Assembly (NCBI GenBank): GCA_002104905.1
Contig: MCFE01000415.1
Location: forward strand, 1 to 64,000
From: Basidiobolus meristosporus CBS 931.73
Lineage: Eukaryota > Fungi > Basidiobolomycota
DNA length: 64,000 nt
Direction of reading: 5' to 3'
The position numbers were made by a program, and so were the translations under genes. Numbering within the stretch: position 1 is the first letter of the stretch; every line of letters starts with the position of its first letter. Below are positions 22,369-33,764 of the stretch, in pieces. The notes below the pieces were generated by a model, which saw nothing but the letters and a program-made list of their open reading frames with translations, was not told where the DNA came from and searched no databases.

Positions 22369-23410
22369 GTAAGTATTTAGTTTACATTACACTGTCCATA
22401 TAGCATAAGACTCTACTCGGATTATTGCTAAGTTACGAGTTACCTGAGATTTAGCTTGCAATATATTAGATAATTCTTGAAGGAATGGAAGTTACCAGTA
22501 TTTTCAAACTTTTCCAAAGCCCCCGAACACTACACAAACCTTCCTGGAATCTTACTTGAAGCATTCTCATCACTAGTCTTACAAATTTGAAAATCCTATT
22601 GATATCAAGCATTTGGGTAGTCATCACCCGGAATTATACTAGAGCACCTGTACTCTAGGCTACTCCGGAGTATGATGCCAAAGATGTTACCTTTGGATCA
22701 AGATAACAACGAAACCATTTGCTCACTACATAAAGTCTAGAACTCACCACAGGCAGCAGCAATCAGTGAGCCCGATGCCCAACCCATCCAACCTACAATA
22801 GCCAAATCGAAATCCGTGGAGGCATCAAGGAATCCAATCCCAGATATGCACTGGGACCTGGGCTTGGGCCCACCAATAGAGCTGGGGATCAAATGGAACG
22901 CTACCTGCGTAGAACCAACCAGAAAAGTCGGGAACGCTCCCCCAATCGTGGCGCTGGCGGGTCCAAATACGCGCTCTTTTTCCTGGAGAGGGTCCAGTGG
23001 AACCAATGCGTCCAGGTTACTTGTCGAATTCCATTTATGGAGCGATGACCAAGTGGCGCTCACCTCCCGTTTCATTTGTCACACGACCTCAGCATTAAGC
23101 GAGGATACTCCGGGGAAGTCGGACCAAAGAGTTCTTTCAAAGCCACACATCCTCGCCGCTTCCATGATATGTTCGATGCGTTGGAATCCAAAAAATGGTG
23201 TTGCCGATGGTCGTACCCCGGCGAGCTGGTGGCACAAGTCAGATTGAATGTTTGGTGGGGATTACCATTGTTGGCCTCCGGTACCACGCTCAACTAGTGT
23301 GTGAGAAAATGCAAACATGGGTCAACGCATATGGACAACACCGACTGGTGGAGGGAAATGTTTATTCTATATAAAATATAGAGGATGATTTATATTACAG
23401 GCGTCTAGGC

Positions 23411-24319
23411 TTACATAAGCTCAACAATCTTCTTGACGAGGTTTTGCATGTCGTTGGATCTCATGTTACCAACGGCCAAGACCTCTTCGTGGTTGGGAGT
23501 TTCGACGTTGTCCTCAGGGGGAAGGGAGAACTCGGGAGACTCCTCGTCGGCGGTTCTTTCTCTACGGGTGACGACAAAGTTGGTGACGAGGGAGAAACCG
23601 AGGACCTTCATGCCGCAATGTCTGGCGACGACGACCTCGGGGACAGTGCTCATACCGATCACATCACCACCAAGGGCTCTCATCATACGAGCCTCGGCGG
23701 GGGATTCGTAGCTGGGGCCGGAGACGAAGCAGTAAACACCCTCTCTGATGTATTGGCGGATGTCCAATTCACGAGCGGCTCTGATGGCAAGGGAACGGAG
23801 CTCACGGGGATAAGCGTCGTTGACGGGAGGGAAACGGGGACCGAAGCTGGAAAGGTTGGCACCGATCAGTGGGTTGTTGCCAGCCATACCGGGGATGTTG
23901 ATGTGGTCCTCGATGATCATGATGTCACCAACCTTGCACTTCTCGTGGTTCAAGGAGCCGGCGGCGTTGGTAACGAAGAGAGTCTCGACACCCATGAGGC
24001 TCATGACACGGACGGGCAACACGGTGAGCTTGAGGAGGTGACCCTCGTAGAAGTGGAAACGGCCAACCATGCACACGGTAGGCTTTCCGGAAATCAAACC
24101 GAAGACAAGCTTGCCAGCGTGGCCAGCGACGGTGCTGACTGGGAAACCGGGGATTTCTTCGTACTTGAACTCGACGGTGTTCTCCAAACTTCCGGCCAGA
24201 CCACCCAAGCCGGATCCGCAGATCACACCTACCTTGGGGTAGAGCTCGGCAGGAACGTTGGCCTTTAGGAAATCGGCAGCAAGGTAAATGTCATTATCGG
24301 TGTAGGTGTGGGCAGCCAT
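23411..24319 (-). CDS. PNP1: Purine nucleoside phosphorylase, intronless, about 302 aa
   Basis: GVICGSGLG, GHAGKLVFG, GRFHFYEG, TNAAG, GPSYESPAE, GMSTVPEV, NHEEVL. The second Met (MAAH) is taken as the start. Confidence 0.96.
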   Translation of the reverse strand: MAAHTYTDNDIYLAADFLKANVPAELYPKVGVICGSGLGGLAGSLENTVEFKYEEIPGFPVSTVAGHAGKLVFGLISGKPTVCMVGRFHFYEGHLLKLTVLPVRVMSLMGVETLFVTNAAGSLNHEKCKVGDIMIIEDHINIPGMAGNNPLIGANLSSFGPRFPPVNDAYPRELRSLAIRAARELDIRQYIREGVYCFVSGPSYESPAEARMMRALGGDVIGMSTVPEVVVARHCGMKVLGFSLVTNFVVTRRERTADEESPEFSLPPEDNVETPNHEEVLAVGNMRSNDMQNLVKKIVELM

Positions 24320-24906
24320 GTTGTTCAGGGTTGATCGGGTGTGTTCTGGGAATCGCATCGTCACCAGCGGCCCTTATAAAGCCTTTGGGCCACCAGGTGT
24401 CCCGAGCCCTGATTTGACGAAATCCCATCAATGGTGTGGCTTCACCATGTCAAAAATTATCGGCCACCCGCCAATCCATGGGCAGCGTTCTCTCCTGGGC
24501 AAGACAAAACATCGAATAAGGAAAAATCGCTTGGACAAGAATCCTGGATGAGACCGAAATTTCACTAACGACATATTGTGTTCGATTAATCTAACGCAAC
24601 CTGGTACTCATTACGTGTTGGTGAGAGTTCCCAAATAAGGGAGTATTATGAGTTCTCAAATGATGCTGTGGCTCAGGCGAGCGAGCTTGTTACAAGCACA
24701 TCTAGACAAGGATTTATGGAAACCGTAGGACGAAACCCATTGGCTGTGGTCCGAAGCGGATCTGTAGGTCGATATGTGCTTAATTAATCGAACTTTCTCC
24801 ACTGCCACCGATCCATGCCACGGACCTGACCAAAAAGGCATCATTCAGGAAGACGATGGGTGGGATGCCAGATAGGCCATATATGTTGGTGATTTGGTTT
24901 TCTAGG

Positions 24907-25020
24907 ATTTGCTGAATGGGCGCCGATTTTGTTTCGTAGAATATTGCAAAACGTGGTCGGTGTATTTGCTGAATGGGCGCTGATTTTATTTCACTGAATA
25001 TTGCAAAACGTGGTCAATGT
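24907..25020. repeat. 57-bp tandem duplication (2 copies)
   Basis: atttgctgaatgggcgc...gaatattgcaaaacgtggtc starts at 24907 and again at 24964. Confidence 0.85.
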
Positions 25021-25026
25021 GAATGC

Positions 25027-26264
25027 TCAGCGGTCGGCAGAGTACGGCGGTGCTGGTTCGTAGAGGGGCAGGGTGTCGACAGTTCTCCACCGCAGGCCGC
25101 CGCTGTTGTAGGTGCCTATGACGATGGGAAAGGTCATCTTGATCTTCTCCGAAGACTCCTCCTCGGACAGCTTGATCTGGATCTTCAGTTTGGACGAGAT
25201 GGTCAGCAGGTCGGTCTTGGTGTTTGGCTTCACCAGGGATTGCAAGGGGAACAGCAAAGGAAGGTCCAAACGCAGGGTGTCCGGATCAAGGATCAAGAAA
25301 GAGCTGGCGGTGGCAGTGACGCGATTCTCGGTCATGATGTACCTGGTGGGGTGATTAGCACGCGAGCCGGGTTGATCCATGCGAGGAGAATTACCCTTTC
25401 GCCTCTCTGCAGATCTTCTGAAGGACGTAGAAGTAAACGGTGAGCGGGCCCTTCGGACGGGTATAATGGTTGATGTGCAACTCGATCGGCACCACATCGT
25501 CTGTCAATATTTTCAGTACAATTCTGCTGAGCATCTACCCATAGCATCTCCTACCAGGACAGAAGCCTCGTCTAGGAACCCGGATCATTGCTTCGATCAC
25601 ACCCGACGGGTTGTGCAGCTGCTTGTACTTCTCCATGGGCAGGTGGAGTTCAGGCACGTCCACGTCGATGCGCTCCCAGATCTTGACAGGGTGACTGGCC
25701 TTCAGCCTCTTGAGCCAGCCCTTTTTTAAAATCACATGCAGTTGGTACTGGATCTGGGCCTTCGAATCCCCCTGTTACTGCAGGTTAGCTTGGATTTTAG
25801 CATGGGTTTCCCAATACTGCACGACTCGAGTGAATTTACCTCATAAGTGCTAGGTAATGTCATTAGTGGCAGTTGCATCTCAAATGGAAATCGGTGTTCA
25901 CCTGCTGCCAAAATGGTGGATCGCAGTAGCATCGCTTTCTTTTTGATCAATGTTTGGGTGCCTAGTAGCTCCCTTGAGACCGATGGTTAGGCTGGTTGTC
26001 GGGATTGCAGTGAGCGGCTGGCCAACTTACGTGGAGAGCTCCTCGCTTTTGCATGCGGTTCGCACAATCCCCTCTAGCTCGAGGACTATGGAGCGTTTGA
26101 TCGAGGATTTCTCTGTCAGGATGTTGACTACGCCTGATTTGGGTAAGTACAAGAGGAGGGAACAGGTAGGAAACCGTCTCGTTACCAAGCACCACATCTC
26201 CAGGGTAATATTTTCTATCTGGCTCCAGCAAGGAGATGGCCAGTTCAGTGCCATCTATGGTCAT
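25027..26264 (-). CDS. Alpha-arrestin (arrestin N and C domains), multi-exon
   Basis: YYPGDVVLG, AGEHRFPFEMQLP..LPSTY, IQYQLHVILKK, ISSKLKIQI..FPIVIGT, and a C-terminal LPLY (LPxY) motif. Exon boundaries are approximate. Confidence 0.85.
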
Positions 26265-26529
26265 TCTATCTGGGAAATACCTGAGTTCAAAGCGACCCCT
26301 TGTCCTTATATAGCATGCCACGGGCTATTTCTGCACTTTGGAACATGGCCACGAGGCGCTTGATCATCCCTTACTTGGTGCATTAAGCTCCACCAAATTA
26401 ACCATGCATCAGGTAGGGGAAATCAAGTTCATGATTGTGTCGGCTGCATTTTCCATGGCTCGTTTGATTGATTTTATCAGGCTTATTCGTGGGTTTATTG
26501 GCGATACTAAGGTTTGCTTGTTGATACAT

Positions 26530-27411
26530 ATTGTGTGGTGACAGCGTCTGACGCTCACAAACTCGAGCTCCGTGCGTGGTGACTTAGCATCTGACGCTAA
26601 CAAACTCGGTACTACCGCGGTCAAATGTCGATTATGGCCACAGCCAGTATCTAGGCCAATGGCATACGGTAATTTTACAAGTACCATAGAGCACAGTCTT
26701 GGGGGCATTCGAAGTAGATTGCATCGTGTTCCAAATAGTTGCCCATGGTGTACCTTCCTGGCTACTCTTGGCAGGGTGGCGATTAGGCAAAAGTCGTCGG
26801 ATATTCATCACGTCGAATGGATTCTGTTGATCTATGGGCATATATGGGTTCAAATCTGCATGAACCGCATATACTGAAAACTCCGGTACGTGGATAACGA
26901 GCGGGCAGCTTAGTAAATATTCATACAACTCTATCGATAAAATGCTGGGAGTAGGTTGAGCAAAGGTAGGCTGGGGTGAGAAAATCCCGCAAAAGGGCTA
27001 CCTTGAAAGGCGTCTATGTTCGTTGCCACCGTGGTCGATATTGCATTTCCCTTTGCGGCGGTTTCTCCATCGAAGGACCAAATCTTCGTGATTTCCGCGA
27101 ACGCACAGAGCGTTTATTTCTTTGGCTCTGGCGAGTGTCCCGACGGAGTCCGGTCCTTTTGTAACCATATCACCCAGCAATACCACTTAGTCCTCTGGCT
27201 TGAGCTTCAGCTGGCTGAGAAGCTTGTTGAACGAGGTCAAGTGCCCACGAATGTCGCCAATAAAGATGAGTCGTCCCGTAGCATTATGGTGATACTCGAA
27301 CACCTCAAGTCTTCGTTCAGGTGATAGATATATGGCACTCAATAGAATAGTCAGGAAGACGGCCAGACCTATCAGCAATAGACGGCGTAGACTTGTTGAA
27401 AATTTTGACAT
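26530..27411 (-). pseudogene. PPN2/ApaH-like metallophosphoesterase with N-terminal TM segment, apparently inactivated
   Basis: GDIRG (normally GDxHG), in-frame TAA at 27187-27189, LGDMVTKGPDS, VRGNHED, HADL (normally HAG), and a frameshift between YG and GLDTGC. Confidence 0.8.
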
Positions 27412-27562
27412 GTTTCTTGAAAATTGGCCCTAATGGAAATTCCAGGTCATACTCCATGGGAGAAATTCCATCGTAGCCGACTTGTTGGAAAATATTGATC
27501 AACCATCAAATTTCTCGATACTGCGCTTTCGATGTCGGCTCAGGCTTGGTTCGCAACAGCAC

Positions 27563-29176
27563 ATGCAGTTTCTACGTCATTCTGCAAGTAGGACGCTGTC
27601 AGGTGTTTCGAAGGTTAGCATACGCTTTATATCCTGTGAGAGGAATGCTGGTCATCGTGTACGGCGAAAAGACCTACGGAGCTCTGAGCAAGATGTAGAA
27701 TACGTTCTCAAGAATGGTACTCAATCTACGAGTAGTTGTAGCTAATAAATACTAATGCTCATTCAGGTCTGCGCCACGTAGAACCCTACTTTTTCACACA
27801 CAAGACCTTTGCCAAAGAACGCTGGCTCGGTCGACCATTAGTGTCCGTGCTCCAAACCGAATTCAAGGACAGACCAAGCGAATACTACGTAATTTTCCAC
27901 ATAAATGATAGATATCGGAGGAATATTTGATTGAAGTCTTGTTCGTTAAAGCAAACGGCGGTGATGGAGGGCTGGGTTACCGTGAATGGAGTTAAAGTCT
28001 CACCGGACTATACGTTCAAGCCCCATGATATATTGGCACACACTCTACATAGACACGAACCCCCAGTGACCAGTGACCATATCAAAATCATATATGAGGA
28101 CGAGAATATGCTGGTTGTGGATAAACCAGCGAGTATTCCGGTGGGTCATACTCTCAATATGCTCCGATCCACACAAGCTAATGATTCTTCTAATTGTAGG
28201 TTCATCCTACTGGGAGGTAGTTCACATGCCCTCCATATTGTAAATCGATCACCAATACTCATTCTGCCATACAGATACCAGCACAACTCTATACTAAATA
28301 TCTTGAAGCATGACCACGGCTATCAATCCCTCTTTCGTACGTCATGATTCTGCTGAATGCCACCACTCTATCGATACTGACTCCGCCACGTGTAGCGGCA
28401 AACCGTCTCGATCGACTCACATCGGGTATCTTAATCTTTGCCCGAACGAAGGAGAGCGCGCAGCTCATTGAGAAAGCCATGCGAGCAAGGGAAATTCAAA
28501 AACAATACGTATGTAGAGTATTGGGTGAATTTCCGAGGTAGGCACCTCATCCCTCGAGCTACTTCAGACATGAGACTCAGTGTTTTCCTTAGGGAGGTCG
28601 TTTGTGATGAGAGGCTGCTGACGGTGTCGCACAGGCTTGGACTAAATGTGGTTAGCCCCCAAGGAAAAGAGAGCACCACCGTGTTTGAACGACTCTTCTT
28701 TGATGGGGAAACAAGTATTGTACGATGTAAATACCTCCAACACTGCTGAACCTGTGTATAATTCAGTGACCGAACCTTTGTCGCTAGGCAAGCCAGTCAC
28801 CGGGCGAACTCATCAGATACGCGTACACCTTCAATACCTTGGCCATCCGATAGCAAACGATCCACTTTACGCGAACTCCAATGCTTGGGGGCCCGATCGT
28901 GGCAAAGGAAAAGTGTATGATGCTGCAGAGTGCGAAAGCGTGATTGAGGAGCTAGTGGCGCATGAATTCCTCAGTGGTGGCAAGGTGATGCCCGAGCGTG
29001 CTCTATGTCAAACATGTAATATTCCAACATACTATGACCCACAGCCGGGCCAGTTATGTATATGGCTTCATGCTATACAGTACGCTCTAAACAACTTTAC
29101 CTTCCAAACCGATCTCCCACTGTGGGCCAGTCGAGATTACTCACCTGAAAAATACAGGCATCTGATCCAGTTTTAA
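27563..29176 (+). CDS. RluA-family pseudouridine synthase (RIB2/PUS9/RPUSD2-like), multi-exon, possible mitochondrial presequence
   Basis: [56 protein letters not shown]; R/S-rich N-terminus. Confidence 0.92.
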
Positions 29177-29458
29177 ACAATCTAACAATCCCCATCAGTT
29201 TTTAATGGCGGCTATCACCCTTTGTGGTAGAGTTTTGTGGCACCTGATATATAATTCTGAGACATGAAATTCCATAGAATAGTAGAATCCTGGTATAGTT
29301 GCATATTAAATCATACCATACAAGGCAGGACTATGGATTTCAACAAGTGTACAACATTGGTCTCTCATCCCTGATGTTGCCTCGGGAAACCGAATCAGTG
29401 ATCCCTCGAACGTATTTAAATGTGGCCCAGGAGGAACATCCTCATCACACTACTGACC

Positions 29459-29764
29459 ATGTCGAAGTTGGTATTTGCAATCATCCTTACTTTTGCATAT
29501 GTTTTGTCCTTCGTCTCGGCGCTTCCCATGGCTGGCTTCTCAGGAACAAATTCCAATTCCTTCGTCACCCAGAGCGAATCTGAGGTTGGGCAGCCTATAG
29601 ACGAATGGGATCTTGCTTCCGACTTCCAGCTTGCTGAGGACGATGCCCTGTTTGATACATGGCTGGCAGAAGATGAAGAAGAGGACTACGACCTTACTGT
29701 GACAAACAACTACGATGCATATCTTGACATCGTAGAAGATGGCTCATTGTGGAGATATTTGTAA
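29459..29764 (+). CDS. Small secreted, strongly acidic orphan protein (101 aa)
   Basis: Signal peptide MSKLVFAIILTFAYVLSFVSA-LP, TATA-like tatttaaa about 45 nt upstream, D/E-rich mature part. Confidence 0.7.
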   Translation: MSKLVFAIILTFAYVLSFVSALPMAGFSGTNSNSFVTQSESEVGQPIDEWDLASDFQLAEDDALFDTWLAEDEEEDYDLTVTNNYDAYLDIVEDGSLWRYL

Positions 29765-30295
29765 TTATGCCCGCAATCTTAGTCGGTTTTGACAATCGAT
29801 GGTTTCATTGCCTTGAACAACCCCAATACGTCTATCTTCTTTGTAGTGCTCCCCTCCCCATGTAAATCTCGTAAATATGAATATGCAACAATGGTATCTA
29901 GAAAATCTAAAAGTAAAGAAGCTTATCTCATTTCGCTATGAAACTTATTCCACGCTCCTCTCCATTCTCTAAATTGATCTATACTCCAAGTGTCTCAACT
30001 CGCGGAAGGGTGACACCAATAAATTTGGTGGAACATACTCCTAGGGTTTGAAAAGGTTCAACTTTAACCCGACTAAGCATCCACTCTAGATTACGTAGGG
30101 TTGCCGATGGGATCATGCCTAAACTGGTGGTTATGTTATGCCCATTTCGCCCAGGATAATCACGAAGATGATGCCTAAAAAAAGCGCCTGTGAGATGTCG
30201 CGAATTTGAATACTGGGCTTGACCTGAGCTACGGAGTACCTACCTTGCATTTCTGTTTATCCCACAAGGAGCGATTGTTCAACGTTAGATTCAGC

Positions 30296-32504
30296 ATGGG
30301 TAAAGGAACAGGTATTTATATCTCCCTTACGATCAACCAGTTTATGTTGGAGAGATTAAGCCGTGCGATCCATAGATAAAATGTACATCACTCATAGCGA
30401 GTGGTCCAATGACTTTAGCGAAGGGGGTATGTCTTTTGGTGGAGCCAAAACTAAAAAAAACACACAGATATTTAAACGCCTCCCTTTCTATTGCTGCTCC
30501 TTAACGCTCCAGCCATTTGAACATCCTGTGTGTACCCCCGAAGGGACAGTTTTTGATTTAGAGTATGCACTTTATTTGCGGGTTTCTGGGAGTATACCTT
30601 GACCAACCGGCTTACCCTCTTTTCCAACCTAGGAGTATCATCCCGTACATTAAGAAATACGGAACCAATCCCGTAACCGGGGAGAAATTGGAAACAAGTA
30701 GTTTGATCAAACTCAACTTTCACAAAAATCCCGAAGGTAAGGCCTTCGTTATGGCCGCGAAACCAGGACTGCCCAGAGAATAACCGGAGCTCTTCGTCCA
30801 TTGTACCAGGTGAATATTGCTGCCCAGTCACCTTCCGAGTTTTTAGCGATCATACACACATCGTCGCTGTCAAGCCTACCGGGAATGTGTATGCTTACGA
30901 TACAGTGGAGAGGCTCAACATCAAGCCCAAATATTGGCAGGATCTATTGACGGACGAGCAGTTCACCCGCAAAGACATCATCACTCTCCAGGTACGACGC
31001 GCTAGACTGCCCGGCTATTCTACGATCGAGTATTTACGCGTTTGTTTAGGATCCTCACAATGTCGAAGGAAGAAACCTCACGACATTCCATCACCTAAAG
31101 AATGACCTAAAGGTGTTATCGGAGGGTACGGTTGGCTCACAAAGGGATGCCTGTTTGGTCAAAAGATGCTAAACCATGTTCAACGTATCTAGAGGAGCTG
31201 GCAAAAAGAGATCCAATGAATAATATCACGAAGGTCGGAACCACTGGCCGAGTTCTCGCTGAGCTGAAGGCAAAAGAGGCCGAAAAGGTACCTAATCCCC
31301 AAGCTTTTGTTAGCAGTATTTGACTGACACCGACGCCCAGGCTTCGAAAACCCCGGTCTCCCCAGAAAGCAAATCCAAAACACCATACAATGCGGCACAC
31401 TTTTCTACTGGGCGAGCTGCCGCTGCGTTTACCTCCACCGCTTTCACCCCAGTGACCGTCAACGAGAAGGCGCTGATAGATGAAGACGAGTTCATGTACC
31501 AGGAAGTGAAGAAGAAGGGATACGCCCGGATTCAGACCAACTTTGGCGATATCAACGTTGAGCTTCATTGCGATCATGTAAGCGACTTCAAGCATGGCTC
31601 ACATCCATCACACTCCCCCAACGCTTACATCGCTTGTTTAGACACCCATGACCTGTCACAACTTCATCCTGCTTGCGAAGTCGGGATATTACAAAAACAT
31701 CAAATTCCATCGTCTGATCAAACATTTCATGGTAACGATTCACAAGCGGTTACGCGCGATCATACAGCCTACTCACGTATTTTTAGATCCAAGGTGGAGA
31801 TCCTACTGGCACCGGTCGCGGCGGGGAGTCGGCTTGGAAGAAGGATTTTCGCGACGAGTTCAAGGGAAACCTTACGCATACCGGACGTGGGATTCTTAGC
31901 ATGGCCAATCGTGGGAAGAACACCAACTCGTCACAGTTGTACGTAACGATCAGCATCATCCCGCCTCATTACTGACGTACTCACCGCTCCCCCACTCTGT
32001 AGCTTCATTACTTTCCGATCATGTAACCATCTGGACAACAAGCACACCGTTTTCGGGCGTGTTGTCGGCGGGATGAACGTGCTGGACAAGATAGAAATGA
32101 TCGAGACTGACGACAAAGAGAAGCCGGCCAAGGATGTGATCATCAAGGACGTGATCGTCTTCGTCGATCCTTACGATGAGTACAAGAAGAGCCTGGAGAA
32201 ATCCCTGAAGGAAAAAGAAGAAGAGCCAGCCAGAAAGATAGCCGAGATGGAGAAGGAGAAGGTATTTCCAAGGTTCTGCAGACACCCAGCGATCTCTGAT
32301 GCTTATGTAACCATTGTTTAGGATAAATCCACCTGGTTCGGCCCAGCGAAGGTAAAGTCCACCAGCACAGCAATCGGAAAGTACATCAGCGCCGAAAGCA
32401 AGAAGAGAGACAACGACGGTGCTTCGGATATCCCGGAGAGCACCGGCGAGCCCAAAAAGAAGAAGCTGGGCACATATCAGTTTGGCGATTTCAGCGGATG
32501 GTGA
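30296..32504 (+). CDS. PPIL2: U-box cyclophilin (peptidyl-prolyl isomerase-like 2), multi-exon
   Basis: [74 protein letters not shown], terminal FGDFSGW. Confidence 0.95.
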
Positions 32505-32588
32505 TAGGATATTATAGATCAATTAACAACAACAATAACAACAACGAATATTGAAACCCCGATGCTCTATTTTATTGTTCGTATTGAT

Positions 32589-33764
32589 TTAGACGAGACA
32601 TGAGTCGCCACATGATTCATCGGACGGATTGGGGCTTCTGTAGTATGGTTGCTGACCTAGGCATGTAGGCAGACTGACCAGCCTCCAACCACGGCATTTC
32701 AGATATTCTATGGCACGCTGGGCCAACGGCAGTGTTTTCGGGTAGTTCGGGAATCGGAAGTCAGCAGTGGAATTCCAGACATCGTGATTCAAGGCAATGA
32801 ATTGTCCCTCCAGCGGGCTAGTATTACCGGTCTGATATGTGTATTCCAAGTACTTCTCGTCTATGCTGTTGGCAGGGGTCCAATCAACTGGGTTCACATT
32901 CCATGTGACGACTGTGTAACCCATGCGCTTCAGAACCTTGCGCGAGTTGCTATCGGTATCTCCATACGGTGGACGCATACAGGTAGGAACCACGCCAAGA
33001 ATATTCGCAAATGCACGATTCAATTTGGACATCTCGTAGGTGACATTGTATTCGTTGACGGTGATCAGGTTAACATGAGACCAGGTGTGTGAGCATATTT
33101 GATGCCCAGAGGCATACGCCTTTCTGACTACATCAGACAGCTCGTAAATTGTGTTGATGGGGTTTCCAGTTCCCTGATTTTTCCAGTTGTAGCCATTCAT
33201 AAAGAATGTGGCTTTGACCCCTACCCGATCCAAGTAATCGATCAAACCGGAGGTCAGTACGCTTGGCCCATCGTCGAATGTGATCGCGAATGTCCCGGGT
33301 ACTTGACATGCCGTGTAGACTGATGCCTCAACCCCATCGTCACATCCACCGAAGGTATTCTGGCATCCGGCACCACAGTGATCCGATGTGTAACCGCAGT
33401 ATCCGTTTCTACTACAGCAAAGACCTGGCGCACAAGAGCCAATATCCGCGCCACACCTCTGGTCCAAATATCTTGAGCCTACAGTAGGCAGGGTTAAGGC
33501 AGATGAAGTGGTAGAGGTAGTTGTAGTGACGCTACTGCTGGTGAAAGTGCTGCTGGGAGCAATGGTGTCGGTACTCTTGGAAGCGTTGGTGACGGTGCTT
33601 GTAGAAGTGGTAGCAGTAGCGCTCCCAGAGCTACCGGTCAATGTTGGCTGGCTCTCAAATGTGCCAACTTCTGTTGGAGTGCCACTGGTCTGCTGTGATA
33701 ATGCGCACTCCAACAGGGAGAAAGCCACAACTGAAAAGATTGCCAAGGTGGTAGGAGACTTCAT
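32589..33764 (-). CDS. Secreted chitin/polysaccharide deacetylase (CE4/NodB) with CBM18 and N-terminal S/T-rich region, intronless
   Basis: Signal peptide; hevein CG..C...LCCSRNGYCG; TFDDGP, HTWSH, RPPYG, NPVDW and LNHD motifs. Confidence 0.94.
   Translation of the reverse strand: MKSPTTLAIFSVVAFSLLECALSQQTSGTPTEVGTFESQPTLTGSSGSATATTSTSTVTNASKSTDTIAPSSTFTSSSVTTTTSTTSSALTLPTVGSRYLDQRCGADIGSCAPGLCCSRNGYCGYTSDHCGAGCQNTFGGCDDGVEASVYTACQVPGTFAITFDDGPSVLTSGLIDYLDRVGVKATFFMNGYNWKNQGTGNPINTIYELSDVVRKAYASGHQICSHTWSHVNLITVNEYNVTYEMSKLNRAFANILGVVPTCMRPPYGDTDSNSRKVLKRMGYTVVTWNVNPVDWTPANSIDEKYLEYTYQTGNTSPLEGQFIALNHDVWNSTADFRFPNYPKTLPLAQRAIEYLKCRGWRLVSLPTCLGQQPYYRSPNPSDESCGDSCLV

Noticed and set aside
23444-24268. 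274-aa + strand ORF overlapping PNP1, and similar antisense ORFs over the permease, SDH2, UTP18 and PPIL2
   Set aside because: Typical antisense open frames produced by biased codon use; no recognisable motifs.
32870-32900. NPVDW instead of DxxDW in the deacetylase as a sign of inactivity
   Set aside because: The catalytically relevant second Asp and Trp of motif 4, and all other CE4 motifs, are intact.
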